From a virus, in the IMG/VR virus record IMGVR_UViG_3300037247_001096, positions 1 to 64,000 of that record: 64,000 bases of DNA; one strand, 5' to 3'. Numbering within the stretch: the first letter of the stretch is position 1; the number at the start of each line of letters is the position of its first letter. Below the pieces are notes generated by a model. It was not told the DNA's origin, ran no database searches, and saw nothing but the letters and a program-made list of their open reading frames with translations. Below are positions 53,174 through 62,009 of the stretch, one piece after another. The position numbers were made by a program, and so were the translations under genes.

Positions 53174-54423
53174 TCAAGACCCCTGAAGACCTACTTGCCT
53201 TGGGAGAGTGGCTCCAGGTACTGGGGGGCGAGGTCGAAAAGACCCCGGTGGGTATCGCCGCCACCAGCAGTGAGCTGGCTCTGGCGACGAAGGCTCAGGG
53301 GTGGCTACTCCGCGCCGACGTTGACCCAGAGACCCATGCTAGACTCGCGGGTAGTGCGGGCCATGCTGTCCTTCGCAAACTACTCACAGCGGAGCGTACA
53401 GCGCCGGCCCTGGTGACCCGGGATACGGGTTACCTCATCACTGCCTTAGAAAACTGGTTGGGAGATTACGACCGCAATGCTCTCTTGCCCAACATCGTCC
53501 ACGATATGAAGGTATTGGAGTACGTGACTGGTCGAGGTATTGCCGTGGGTATGACGGCCCTCAAGGATGCTTTGGACTGTGCCGTCGTAGGGCCTGGGAT
53601 GGCGCTAGAGGCCCCACGCTTCTACCAGCAGGTGGGTATGCCCCTAGCGCGTCACAATGCGCAGACACATGTCATCTACGTAGACCCCGAGGTACCCGCG
53701 CAAGCGGCTGGGGCTAAGCCGTGGAGCCGCTGGACGCTCACCTACGATTACCTGCTGTTCCGGGTGCTGGCCCACTACACACGCGACCCCACGATGACCC
53801 GATGGTTCGAGGAGGGTAGAAGCCCCCTACAGGAGTTCAGTAGCTACCTGGAACTCAACTCGAAAGAGGCCACAGCATTCCTCTTGTGGATGGTCTGCGG
53901 TGAGGAGGAGGAGCTTGTCAGCCGGTACTACCCCGACTGGGCCACCCTCATGCCAGAGGCACCTCAGCTTATCAAGGCGTCCCGAGTTGACAAGACCCTT
54001 CCCAACCTACGCCTGGGGCTCATCAGGCTGACCGATCAGTACGCCATCTCCCGCAAGACCGAGACTTTGTACGGGCGCCGCTCACCGTGGGGCCTGAAGC
54101 CTCAGGAGCTCCTGCACTTCGTCATCATGGGGTCGGTGAATGACCTTTTAGATGTCGTAGTGGCGTCCATCATCAGGCTGGGAAGTGACGCGCATTGGCT
54201 AGTCCCAGAGGCCAGCACGAAATACAACCACTGGTTAAGAGCACAGGTTGTTGGCTATAGTAAAGAGGAGCCTATGGATTGGCAGCGAAAATTGGAAGAA
54301 CTCGGGCAGCTCAACAACCCTCTGGGAGCGGTCTCCCTTGAACCGAGAGTGAGTGTCGAAGTTGCACGGCGTGGCGTCGATACCCTCCGCGCCCGCATCA
54401 AGGAGCTGGGAGGTGAGGAATGA
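52885..54423 (+). CDS. Degenerate, probably inactive PolA paralogue (start may be GTG 53098)
   Basis: Collinear remnants of PolA motifs: TYDYLLFRVLAHYTRD, ETLYGRR, IMGSVND; catalytic Asp/Lys/Tyr/HD residues not retained. Confidence 0.6.
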   Translation: MGKRKRKRRTKVAHVEHPPKLGAKQLSEVRHPVEAPEVPGDAGEPDGAERPDRGGGRGGAADAQTEEGVEGVVRIISTDPSSGPSEERLGEWPYRIVKTPEDLLALGEWLQVLGGEVEKTPVGIAATSSELALATKAQGWLLRADVDPETHARLAGSAGHAVLRKLLTAERTAPALVTRDTGYLITALENWLGDYDRNALLPNIVHDMKVLEYVTGRGIAVGMTALKDALDCAVVGPGMALEAPRFYQQVGMPLARHNAQTHVIYVDPEVPAQAAGAKPWSRWTLTYDYLLFRVLAHYTRDPTMTRWFEEGRSPLQEFSSYLELNSKEATAFLLWMVCGEEEELVSRYYPDWATLMPEAPQLIKASRVDKTLPNLRLGLIRLTDQYAISRKTETLYGRRSPWGLKPQELLHFVIMGSVNDLLDVVVASIIRLGSDAHWLVPEASTKYNHWLRAQVVGYSKEEPMDWQRKLEELGQLNNPLGAVSLEPRVSVEVARRGVDTLRARIKELGGEE

Positions 54424-54626
54424 GCGCTGACGAAGTTCGCGTAGGGCAAATCTGGCAAGACAAGGACAAGCGGATGCGTACTCGATGCGTCGTCGTGATA
54501 CGTATCGAGGGACAATACGCCTACTGTAGTGACATAGAGGGGAGGGCTGTGACGTTACTTCTACGTCGCATGGGTACTGGGAGCGGTTCTACTGGATGGC
54601 GCCTAGCAGAGCGGGGCACTCTATGA
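54420..54626 (+). CDS. Small SH3-like protein
   Basis: GGAGGTGA RBS; paralogue of 40552-40761. Confidence 0.55.
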   Translation: MSADEVRVGQIWQDKDKRMRTRCVVVIRIEGQYAYCSDIEGRAVTLLLRRMGTGSGSTGWRLAERGTL

Positions 54627-54841
54627 GTACGGACACCCCTATCCCAGTCGTTACCGTCCACCACAGCGGCCCTGGTGTGGCGGAGTGCATCAGCACCCTT
54701 ACCCCCGAACAACCGAAGTGTAGTTGTGGGCACGTGTGGGTAAATTTCAGGGAGGATGGCACTGTGCTATTTGATGGGGACGCAGAGTATTTCCCTCTCA
54801 CCATAGACTCCACCTGGACTATAGTGGAAGAGGAGGTGTAG
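54623..54841 (+). CDS. Hypothetical protein
   Basis: ATGA overlap. Confidence 0.45.
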   Translation: MSTDTPIPVVTVHHSGPGVAECISTLTPEQPKCSCGHVWVNFREDGTVLFDGDAEYFPLTIDSTWTIVEEEV

Positions 54842-54843
54842 CC

Positions 54844-55350
54844 ATCAGTTGCCACCCCAGCCACGAAGACCGGACAAAGCAGGCCGAGGAGCGCGCCAGG
54901 CTCCACCAGGAGGCCCAGGAGCGTACCATTGAGCAGCAGAAGCGTGACCTCACCCCTGACCCCCGCAAGATTCATCGCCAACATAGATGGAGGTTGGGCG
55001 ATGATCCCGCTGGACAGGATGAGGACGATGACCCTAACGTGGTGTACCTCAAGATGGAGGGCCGTGAGGCGCCCCCCACAGAGCCCGACCAGCGCAACCT
55101 GTTGAGTGGCGGCCCTCCCTCTGGTCTCCCCTGCGAGCGGTGCGGGGAGGAGACCCGGGTGGTGGGCAGTATGAGCGTATGGGAGCAATATCAGCAGAAT
55201 GATGTGGAGGTGGTGAACCTACCCGACATGAGCGAGGCGCGGAAGAAGGAGCTTCAAGAGCAGCGCATCGTGGTGCTGAAGTGCCCATCGTGCCGGAAGA
55301 CTTATCAGTGGGACGAGGAGCTACTTCCCAAGAAGGTGCAGCGGTCATGA
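54844..55350 (+). CDS. Zn-ribbon protein, probable ATC start
   Basis: GAGGAGG RBS then in-frame ATC, 50 codons upstream of the track start; CERC...CPSC. Confidence 0.5.
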   Translation: MSCHPSHEDRTKQAEERARLHQEAQERTIEQQKRDLTPDPRKIHRQHRWRLGDDPAGQDEDDDPNVVYLKMEGREAPPTEPDQRNLLSGGPPSGLPCERCGEETRVVGSMSVWEQYQQNDVEVVNLPDMSEARKKELQEQRIVVLKCPSCRKTYQWDEELLPKKVQRS

Positions 55351-55634
55351 GTGACGAGCTGAAATCCCGCTTCCAGGAGCTCTACCCCATGCACCCATGT
55401 GAGTCCTGTGGGTTGGAGCACGTACGAATCCCCACCATCACTACGGAAGGTGAAGTAAACGGCGAGAAGGTGGAGATTCCCTGGGTGCCTTTCGAGGTGG
55501 TGGGGATGATAGAGGGTTCGGCCCGGCCGGGCGCCGGGGCGGACTGGGACACCCCCGCCCACATCCAACTACTATTTTGGGGGCCGCCCGGCGCTCAGCA
55601 GGCATCTGCTAAGAGCATTTTGTATATGAACTAG
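55347..55634 (+). CDS. Hypothetical protein
   Basis: ATGA overlap; CESC. Confidence 0.5.
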   Translation: MSDELKSRFQELYPMHPCESCGLEHVRIPTITTEGEVNGEKVEIPWVPFEVVGMIEGSARPGAGADWDTPAHIQLLFWGPPGAQQASAKSILYMN

Positions 55635-55635
55635 C

Positions 55636-55821
55636 ATGATGGTTCGAGTACGAGTTAGAGCATCCCCCTACCTAGCTGTCAAACGCGGCTCTGTAGGTGA
55701 GGTGGTGGAAGTGAAGTTCCGCAGCACCGTTTACGAAATCTGGAAGGTGCGTTTCAAGGGCGCCGGCGTCTGGTCGCTGCGCCCAGATGAGGTTGAAAAA
55801 CTCGATGGCCAACCAGTTTGA
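55636..55821 (+). CDS. Small SH3/KOW-like protein
   Basis: VRVRV...GSVGEVVEV....WKVRF...LRPDEVE. Confidence 0.5.
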   Translation: MMVRVRVRASPYLAVKRGSVGEVVEVKFRSTVYEIWKVRFKGAGVWSLRPDEVEKLDGQPV

Positions 55822-56008
55822 CCTTATAAAGAAAGGCCGCCGGGTGGCGGTGACGCTTGCCACCGGCCTTGCGCCGAAGTACCAGATTGTATACACAGCG
55901 ACCATCACCGAATGTGACGAGGTGTGGTTTGTACTCGCCGCCCGCTACCATTTCCGTCGCGATGGCCCCAACATGAGCATCACGAAGGCGGTGAAGAATG
56001 CCCCCTAA
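55805..56008 (+). CDS. Small beta-barrel hypothetical protein
   Basis: GAGG RBS; KKGRRVAVT pattern. Confidence 0.4.
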   Translation: MANQFDLIKKGRRVAVTLATGLAPKYQIVYTATITECDEVWFVLAARYHFRRDGPNMSITKAVKNAP

Positions 56009-56435
56009 GTGCACCAATCGCCAGCCCACGTTCCGTATAAACATGCACGTCCCCGCTACCTCTTGGCACCCCCACGCAGACAAGACGTTTGAGGTGAAGA
56101 AGCCGACTGAGTGGGAGGCGTGGGCTCACGCAATGCGGGCCATAGTGCTGGAGCTCTCTCACGGCAATGCCCGCCTGATGCTGGGATACTGGAGCGACGC
56201 ATTAAATGTGCTCCCTCCCGAGGTCAGGAAGGCCCTCATCCAGGCCATTGCTGCTGGATACGGGCTCCAAATCGCCCCTGCGGAGGACGACCCCAAGACC
56301 ATAGAGATTTCGCTGGTACAGCGGTATGAACCTTTGGTCGGTGAGAAGAAGACTGAATCGGGGATTGTCCTTCCCAAGACGCCAGGCTCGAAACTTGTCC
56401 TCCCGGGACAGAAAGAGTATACTGAAAGGAAATAG
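55998..56435 (+). CDS. Hypothetical protein
   Basis: 145 aa; KTESGIVLP tail. Confidence 0.5.
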   Translation: MPPKCTNRQPTFRINMHVPATSWHPHADKTFEVKKPTEWEAWAHAMRAIVLELSHGNARLMLGYWSDALNVLPPEVRKALIQAIAAGYGLQIAPAEDDPKTIEISLVQRYEPLVGEKKTESGIVLPKTPGSKLVLPGQKEYTERK

Positions 56436-56436
56436 T

Positions 56437-57585
56437 ATGGCGAAACAAAAGTGCGCCCACACCACATGCTCCAACGTCGCTGGAGAGAGGTCGAAATACT
56501 GTGGGGATACTTGCCGCAAGAGAGCTGCCCAACGAAGTTATGAGCGCCGACAAGCACCAAAGAACAAAACCACGACCGCTGCCGTCGACCAGGGCATGAC
56601 GCCCGAAGAGTTCGAGACGCGGGCCACACGGCTCCTAGAGGAGCGCATTCCGCTTCCCCCTGTACCGGCCAAGATTCAGGCGACCCAAGTGGTGGACATG
56701 GGGTTCGATACTCCCCAACATGCAGTGGCGTGCTTCTCCGACTATCACTTTGGGGGGAAGGTAGACGCCCAAGTGACGGGGGGTATTGGGGGGTACGACG
56801 TGGCAACGGCCCGCTACCGGCTGGCCGACTGGCGAGACGGGGTGCTGCGGTTTACCCAGATGATGCAGACCACACTACCGGTACCTGTACTCCACATCCT
56901 TGCCCTCGGTGACGACATGGAGGGCAACGGTCATATGTATGGGTCACAGGGTATGGAGATGGAGCTGTCCCCCTACTTTCAGTTCCTTGGCTTCGTGGCC
57001 GACATGACGGATGCGCTGGTCTCCCTACAAGAACGCTTCGAGCGGATCAATGTGGTAAAGGTGTTTGGGAATCACGGCCGCCTCGCTGGGCGCAAGAGGG
57101 ACGCCTACGACCCGGACAACTATGAGCTCATGGCGTGGCAGACTATTGCCGCCCGGTGCGAATTAGCGGCGCCTGGGAAGTTTACGTTTGAAATCTCTCC
57201 TGCCTTCTTCCAACTCGTAGACATCCTGGGGTACTCCTTCTACATGCGTCACGGCGATGGTGTAAACCTACACAGTACCTACGTTGGAGTCCTAGATAAC
57301 AAACTAGCGATGAATAGCATTCTAGGGGAAGTCATCAACTACATGGTGCTAGGTCACCACCACACAGCTTCGGAGAGGGAAGAGGAGATTGAGGGGGACA
57401 TCATCTCCAATGGGTGCTTCGTGGGGCCGTCCCTACTGGCGCTGAAGATGCGCCGGCCACGGGCAAACCGCCCCAGCCAGGAGATGTTCTTCGTGCATCC
57501 TCGGAAAGGTTTAACTCACCGCCACCGCATCCATCTCGCTTCATTAGACGAGGTGCGCTCAATCAACAAGGTTGAGCTAACGTGA
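56437..57585 (+). CDS. Calcineurin-like metallophosphoesterase with N-terminal Zn finger
   Basis: SDYH, GDDMEG, GNHG, RHGD, GHHH motifs. Confidence 0.85.
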   Translation: MAKQKCAHTTCSNVAGERSKYCGDTCRKRAAQRSYERRQAPKNKTTTAAVDQGMTPEEFETRATRLLEERIPLPPVPAKIQATQVVDMGFDTPQHAVACFSDYHFGGKVDAQVTGGIGGYDVATARYRLADWRDGVLRFTQMMQTTLPVPVLHILALGDDMEGNGHMYGSQGMEMELSPYFQFLGFVADMTDALVSLQERFERINVVKVFGNHGRLAGRKRDAYDPDNYELMAWQTIAARCELAAPGKFTFEISPAFFQLVDILGYSFYMRHGDGVNLHSTYVGVLDNKLAMNSILGEVINYMVLGHHHTASEREEEIEGDIISNGCFVGPSLLALKMRRPRANRPSQEMFFVHPRKGLTHRHRIHLASLDEVRSINKVELT

Positions 57586-57632
57586 AACGAACCTAGGTTC
57601 CTTGCGTTGTAGCTGAATAGGAGGTGCCGACT

Positions 57633-58031
57633 ATGCCCAGAAAAGGCTTTGTGTATATCGCTGGCCCCTACCGTGGGCCGCTGGGTACCCACGACCACTC
57701 TGAATACTTCGTGGTCGATGCCCACATCAACAGAGCACGGGAGTGGGCAGCGAAGTTTGCCCGGGTGGGGATACCGTTCTTCTGCCCTCATCTGAACAGT
57801 GCCCACTTCGAGATCATCACCCCCGATGTGCCTGCTGGGTTCTGGTTGGATATGAACTTAGAGGTTCTGGCCAAAGCAAGTGCTCTCTTCCTCATGCCCG
57901 GGTGGGGTAACAGCGACGGAGCCATCAAGGAACAATTGTTTGCTGTCGACCGTCACATTACCATCTTCTACCTCCACCAATTTGATTACCTCATGCGCTG
58001 GTGGAGAGAGGAGGCAGAAGATGCCGACTGA
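57633..58031 (+). CDS. Nucleoside 2-deoxyribosyltransferase-like (DUF1937/DUF4406-type) protein
   Basis: VYIAGPY...FCPH...W......L.....L..MPGW.NS.GA..E. Confidence 0.7.
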   Translation: MPRKGFVYIAGPYRGPLGTHDHSEYFVVDAHINRAREWAAKFARVGIPFFCPHLNSAHFEIITPDVPAGFWLDMNLEVLAKASALFLMPGWGNSDGAIKEQLFAVDRHITIFYLHQFDYLMRWWREEAEDAD

Positions 58032-58212
58032 CTTGTACGTCCGTCTCTCCTATGATGAGTACAAGGAGCTGGAAGAAGCACTGAAGAACTTCGCCTCCTT
58101 AGAGAAGACCCACACCTCCGGTGAGAAGGACGAGATGTTCTATCACAATTCATTCAGAATCCCTCTTGGGAGCCTCACGCTAGAGGTGCACGGGCCACTG
58201 GTGCGTCCATAG
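58021..58212 (+). CDS. Hypothetical protein
   Basis: GAGGAGG RBS. Confidence 0.5.
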   Translation: MPTDLYVRLSYDEYKELEEALKNFASLEKTHTSGEKDEMFYHNSFRIPLGSLTLEVHGPLVRP

Positions 58213-58223
58213 CGAGCTGCTAC

Positions 58224-58646
58224 ATGAAAGTATATCTCATAGGGTCACTACGCAACCCCCAGGTTCCTCTGCTCGGGAAGCGCATTCGGGCACTGGGCTT
58301 CGACGTGTTCGATGATTGGTTCGGAGCCGGGGAAATTGCAGATGATTCGTGGCAGGCTTATGAGGAAGCCCGTGGGCGGCACTATGGAGAGGCGCTCTAT
58401 GGTCGGGCAGCCGAGAACATCTTTCAATTCGACCTGCGCCACCTCAACTCCTCAGACCTTGGTGTGCTGATGTTACCAGCGGGGAAGTCAGGACACCTTG
58501 AGTTGGGGTACCTCATTGGACAGGGTAAGCCGGGACTCGTCCTTTTTCCTGAGGTTCCTTCCAGATGGGACGTGATGTACCAGCTCGCAGACGGTGTGTT
58601 CTTCCACCCAGACGCTCTGCTAGTGAGGCTAAAGGCACTATTGTGA
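58224..58646 (+). CDS. Nucleoside 2-deoxyribosyltransferase-like protein
   Basis: KVYLIGSLRN...FD...L..SD..VL.LPAGKSGHLELGY..G.GK. Confidence 0.75.
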   Translation: MKVYLIGSLRNPQVPLLGKRIRALGFDVFDDWFGAGEIADDSWQAYEEARGRHYGEALYGRAAENIFQFDLRHLNSSDLGVLMLPAGKSGHLELGYLIGQGKPGLVLFPEVPSRWDVMYQLADGVFFHPDALLVRLKALL

Positions 58647-58744
58647 CAGACATCCTGAAGGAGGCGTTAACAAACGCCGCAGTCGGTACGCTGGGGGCTA
58701 CCATTGCCCTGACGCTTTTCGGTATCCTTAGGAGGTACATCTAA
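58643..58744 (+). CDS. 33-aa membrane peptide (not in ORF track)
   Basis: GTGA and TAATG overlaps; single hydrophobic helix just upstream of the endolysin. Confidence 0.45.
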   Translation: MTDILKEALTNAAVGTLGATIALTLFGILRRYI

Positions 58745-59742
58745 TGAGAGCAGTGGATAGCTCCTACGACCAGCTCACTCTGGAAGAAGCCCAGTGTCTG
58801 AAGGACAGCGACTGGCCGCTTTTCATACAGTGTCTGCTGGCACTCCCCATGACCGGGCCGGAACAACCACAGTGGCGAATTCCCAGCCTACGCAACGCTC
58901 AGGCGGCCCACCTACCCATCGCCGGCTATATCGCCATAGGCTCCAGTAGGCCCGGGGAGGAGTATGTCAACCTGGCCCGTCAGGGGATACCCGACGACCT
59001 GTGGGACGCCCTGAAGTTCGTCGCCATCGACGTGGAGGTTCCCGCCATTGACGCGCGTGAGGTGGTCAACGCCATAGGCGAGGTCGAGAGCTTCGGGCAG
59101 AACCCCATAATCTACACCAGCCACAACATCTGGACGAACTACGTCACACCTTCCAACTCTTTCGCCCTGTCCTCTCTAGGCATCCCTTTGTGGAACGCCT
59201 ACTGGGACGGCGACACGGACGTGGATTTCGCCCGTCTGCCCTTCGGTGGCTGGACGCCAGAACAGGTGGCTCTCGAACAGTGGTCGGGAGGCACCAACAT
59301 CTGTGGCCAGTTCGTTGACCGCAACACTATCGTACATCCCGAGCTCATTGGACTAGGAGAAGGTGACCATATGCCAACAGAAGAATACGAAGAGCTGACG
59401 CAGCGCATCACTAACCTCTTGGCAGCAGGTGCGGCCGGCGCCAAGAGCTTGGACAAGCGCCTCGATGCGATTGAGGACGGCAGCCTCAAGGTTCCCATCT
59501 GGCCGGTGGGGGACGTTTCCCTGACGATGATACGTCACAAGGGCTACCATTCTCCCACCTTCATAGCCCACCTCCATGAGGCCGTACAGGAGGCAAAGCG
59601 AGCCCTACGAGAGCATATCACCATGCACAACCAGAGTGGCGGGGCGATTGATCGTCACGCGGGTGCCTTCATAGACCGGATGGCGGACGTACTGGACGCA
59701 ATGGAGCGGGAAGTATGGATCGCGGCTGGCTGGGCCACTTAG
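58744..59742 (+). CDS. Endolysin, GH25-like muramidase
   Basis: N-terminal AVDSS, AIDVE (DxE), IIYTS, PLWNAY, QW...VDRN; followed by a holin-like gene. Confidence 0.75.
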   Translation: MRAVDSSYDQLTLEEAQCLKDSDWPLFIQCLLALPMTGPEQPQWRIPSLRNAQAAHLPIAGYIAIGSSRPGEEYVNLARQGIPDDLWDALKFVAIDVEVPAIDAREVVNAIGEVESFGQNPIIYTSHNIWTNYVTPSNSFALSSLGIPLWNAYWDGDTDVDFARLPFGGWTPEQVALEQWSGGTNICGQFVDRNTIVHPELIGLGEGDHMPTEEYEELTQRITNLLAAGAAGAKSLDKRLDAIEDGSLKVPIWPVGDVSLTMIRHKGYHSPTFIAHLHEAVQEAKRALREHITMHNQSGGAIDRHAGAFIDRMADVLDAMEREVWIAAGWAT

Positions 59743-59759
59743 CGGGGAGGTGAAGAAAC

Positions 59760-60002
59760 ATGGAGCGATTATCTAGCCGAAAACTGGCCGGTGTTATTGC
59801 CGCCATCATGGGTGTTGTCGGGCTCCTCCTGGGCCTGGCGGTCATCCACCCCCTGGCCCTTACCGAGGCGACTGAGGTGGTGCTGACTGCCATCATTGCC
59901 GTCGCGGGCCTTGGTGGTTTTCAGGTCTATAGACAGTCTATCATCGACCGGTTCCCTGCCTACCAAGTGGGGCCAAACGAGACCGTCAAGAGGGTGAACT
60001 GA
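59760..60002 (+). CDS. Holin (two TM helices)
   Basis: LSSRKL + 2 TM + QSIID pattern. Confidence 0.7.
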   Translation: MERLSSRKLAGVIAAIMGVVGLLLGLAVIHPLALTEATEVVLTAIIAVAGLGGFQVYRQSIIDRFPAYQVGPNETVKRVN

Positions 60003-60463
60003 TGGCCGAGTCGACGCCCTGTTGCAGAGACGGCCCCCGCTATGGCATGTGCGAGGACAAGGCTAATGTAGGGCTCACTCACTTCGTCGGCGACGACTGT
60101 CCTGGGGGGCACGCCAAAAACGGCGGCCGGGCAGGAAGTGCCCGCTTTCACGCTATCCTCCGTGAATTGGGCGCCTTACATGATAAAAAACAGCGGGACT
60201 ATGGCACCGACGAAGACCCGTTCGCCAATGTTAGAGCCAGCTCAGAGTGGGGAGTGCCTGCCTGGATAGGTACCCTCATTCGGGCCACCGACAAACTGAA
60301 GCGCCTACAGAAATACGTCCGAGTAGGCAAGCTGGCTAACGAGGCAGTAGAGGACAGCTTCCGAGACCTGGCAGTCTACACTATCATCGCTCTCGTCCTC
60401 TATGAGGAAGCGAGAGATGAGTTTGAAGAGGAGGAGAATAATAATGGCACAGAAACCGAATAG
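60002..60463 (+). CDS. DUF1599/Nmad1-like all-alpha nucleotide pyrophosphatase-fold protein
   Basis: KKQRDYG...PFAN...R..DKLKRL...E.VEDSFRDLAVY. Confidence 0.7.
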   Translation: MAESTPCCRDGPRYGMCEDKANVGLTHFVGDDCPGGHAKNGGRAGSARFHAILRELGALHDKKQRDYGTDEDPFANVRASSEWGVPAWIGTLIRATDKLKRLQKYVRVGKLANEAVEDSFRDLAVYTIIALVLYEEARDEFEEEENNNGTETE

Positions 60464-60776
60464 CGACAAGTCCGGCCGCGCCGCCCGCCGACGTGAGGAG
60501 AAGCAGGTGGAGCGGGCCCAGCGAACGGTAGCACGGTCTCAGGCCCGCCCTCAGCCTCTCCCGAGGCAGGAAGGTGCCCCCGGGATGCAGATTTCTGTCA
60601 ACGATCTGCTTCTCAAGATTGGCGCCCTGACGGTGGAGCGGGATGCCCTCCAGGGTCAACTTGCGCAGCGGGATGCCGTCATCGCACGTATAACGGCCCC
60701 CCCAGAAACGCCGGAGGACGCGCCTTCAGAGGAGGCGGACGAAGGCCCACCTCAGGGTGAGCCGGTAGAGGACTAG
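60444..60776 (+). CDS. Hypothetical coiled-coil protein
   Basis: GAGGAG RBS; last plus-strand gene before the convergence point. Confidence 0.55.
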   Translation: MAQKPNSDKSGRAARRREEKQVERAQRTVARSQARPQPLPRQEGAPGMQISVNDLLLKIGALTVERDALQGQLAQRDAVIARITAPPETPEDAPSEEADEGPPQGEPVED

Positions 60777-61018
60777 AGCCAGAGCTGGCGGACGGCTTCA
60801 GCGACGGCGGCGAGGATGGCCAGCACTGCGCCAATCGAAACGGTCTGCCGCGCTACAGAAGCCCGTGAGTGGTGGTTTGTCTGATGGGTGGCCAGGGATG
60901 TCACTATGGAGGCTAAGAGCTCCTGAGCGGCGTTGTGTTCGTTCTCGTGCCGTTCTGTCCACCGCTTGAGCTCCGCTACATCTTCGCTGAGTACGTCGAG
61001 AGGTTCCCGGTCAGGCAC
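60773..61018 (-). CDS. Coiled-coil protein with C-terminal TM helix
   Basis: GAGGA RBS, GTG; hydrophobic C-terminus. Confidence 0.5.
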   Translation of the reverse strand: MPDREPLDVLSEDVAELKRWTERHENEHNAAQELLASIVTSLATHQTNHHSRASVARQTVSIGAVLAILAAVAEAVRQLWL

Positions 61019-61221
61019 TAGACTACTTCCTCTATGAGCCGGTCGACTCTTTTCCATATACTGGCCGCCTCAAAAATAGCCATGGCCCCGAGGAAGACCG
61101 ATGGAATCAGCTTCCAAAAACGACGCTGTTCAGTAGACCACAAAGCCCATTCCGCTGAGGTCGCCGCAAACACGGCGCCGGCGAGGGCGGAAAACAAACC
61201 TCGGACGATCTCCTCACGCAC
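61018..61221 (-). CDS. Small two-TM membrane protein
   Basis: GAGAGGG RBS, GTG; two hydrophobic segments. Confidence 0.45.
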   Translation of the reverse strand: MREEIVRGLFSALAGAVFAATSAEWALWSTEQRRFWKLIPSVFLGAMAIFEAASIWKRVDRLIEEVV

Positions 61222-61238
61222 TGACTTGCCCTCTCTGA

Positions 61239-61958
61239 CTAGTTGACTGCTGTCCACGCACCCGCCCCACCCCCTCCGTTGTTGTTGACATAGAGCTTGT
61301 TGGCCGTTGAATCCCAATAGAAAGTGCCCTCTACGGCAGCATGGGTGGGGGCACCTGCAAAGGAATCTACCCGCAGAGGGAGTTCTGAGGGGTAGTCACC
61401 AAGTTCTTCAGGGGCGAAGGGGATGGTGTAGTCGATGTCGAGCTTCGCCGGATTGGAGCCGAACTCCAACGCCGCGCCTTCCCAGTTTTTAGCGCTTGCC
61501 TGGTTCTTCCCCTCTACGAGCACACACATGCCCTGCCCCGATGCCCACCCAGGCCTGTCGAGAACCTCCTGGCAGGCCACCTTCAAGTCGCCCGGGGAGC
61601 GGTACCCTACACCCAGGCTGTCCCCTACCCAGCTAACACTCGCAGAGGTCGGTGTCCGGTTGGTTACATCCGCCTCGTCGTCGAAGTTTGCGGCGTCGTC
61701 CACGTCGTTGAAGTAGACATCGCTCGCCATGTCGTCGGAACCTGTGGTCTTGCCATAGAGTGATAGTGTGCAGGTGTTTATAGTCGACCCCGCTGGGATC
61801 GTGACGTTGGAGAACCTCAGGCCGCTGTTGTGGCGGTTTGTGTCTGTTAAATGGGCACGAACAAGGAGTCGGTCGTTCGTGTCGGTGAACGATGTGTTGC
61901 CGTCGGTTTCGTAGGCATCCTCATTACCTGCGACGATGAGGAGATTGAGAGTGGTCAT
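61239..61958 (-). CDS. Virion/tail-associated beta-sandwich protein
   Basis: EDAYE...GLRFSNVTIPAGSTI...P.L.IDY domain plus G.FYWDST..KLYV fibre-type motif. Confidence 0.55.
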   Translation of the reverse strand: MTTLNLLIVAGNEDAYETDGNTSFTDTNDRLLVRAHLTDTNRHNSGLRFSNVTIPAGSTINTCTLSLYGKTTGSDDMASDVYFNDVDDAANFDDEADVTNRTPTSASVSWVGDSLGVGYRSPGDLKVACQEVLDRPGWASGQGMCVLVEGKNQASAKNWEGAALEFGSNPAKLDIDYTIPFAPEELGDYPSELPLRVDSFAGAPTHAAVEGTFYWDSTANKLYVNNNGGGGAGAWTAVN

Positions 61959-62009
61959 GGCCTAACGGCCTCCGTCTCGGTGCTGACCTCGATGATGCGG
62001 TAGTACATC

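Noticed and set aside
56340-56400. GroES-like KTESGIVLP motif in 55998-56435
   Set aside because: Only the short mobile-loop-like peptide matches; the rest shows no GroES pattern.
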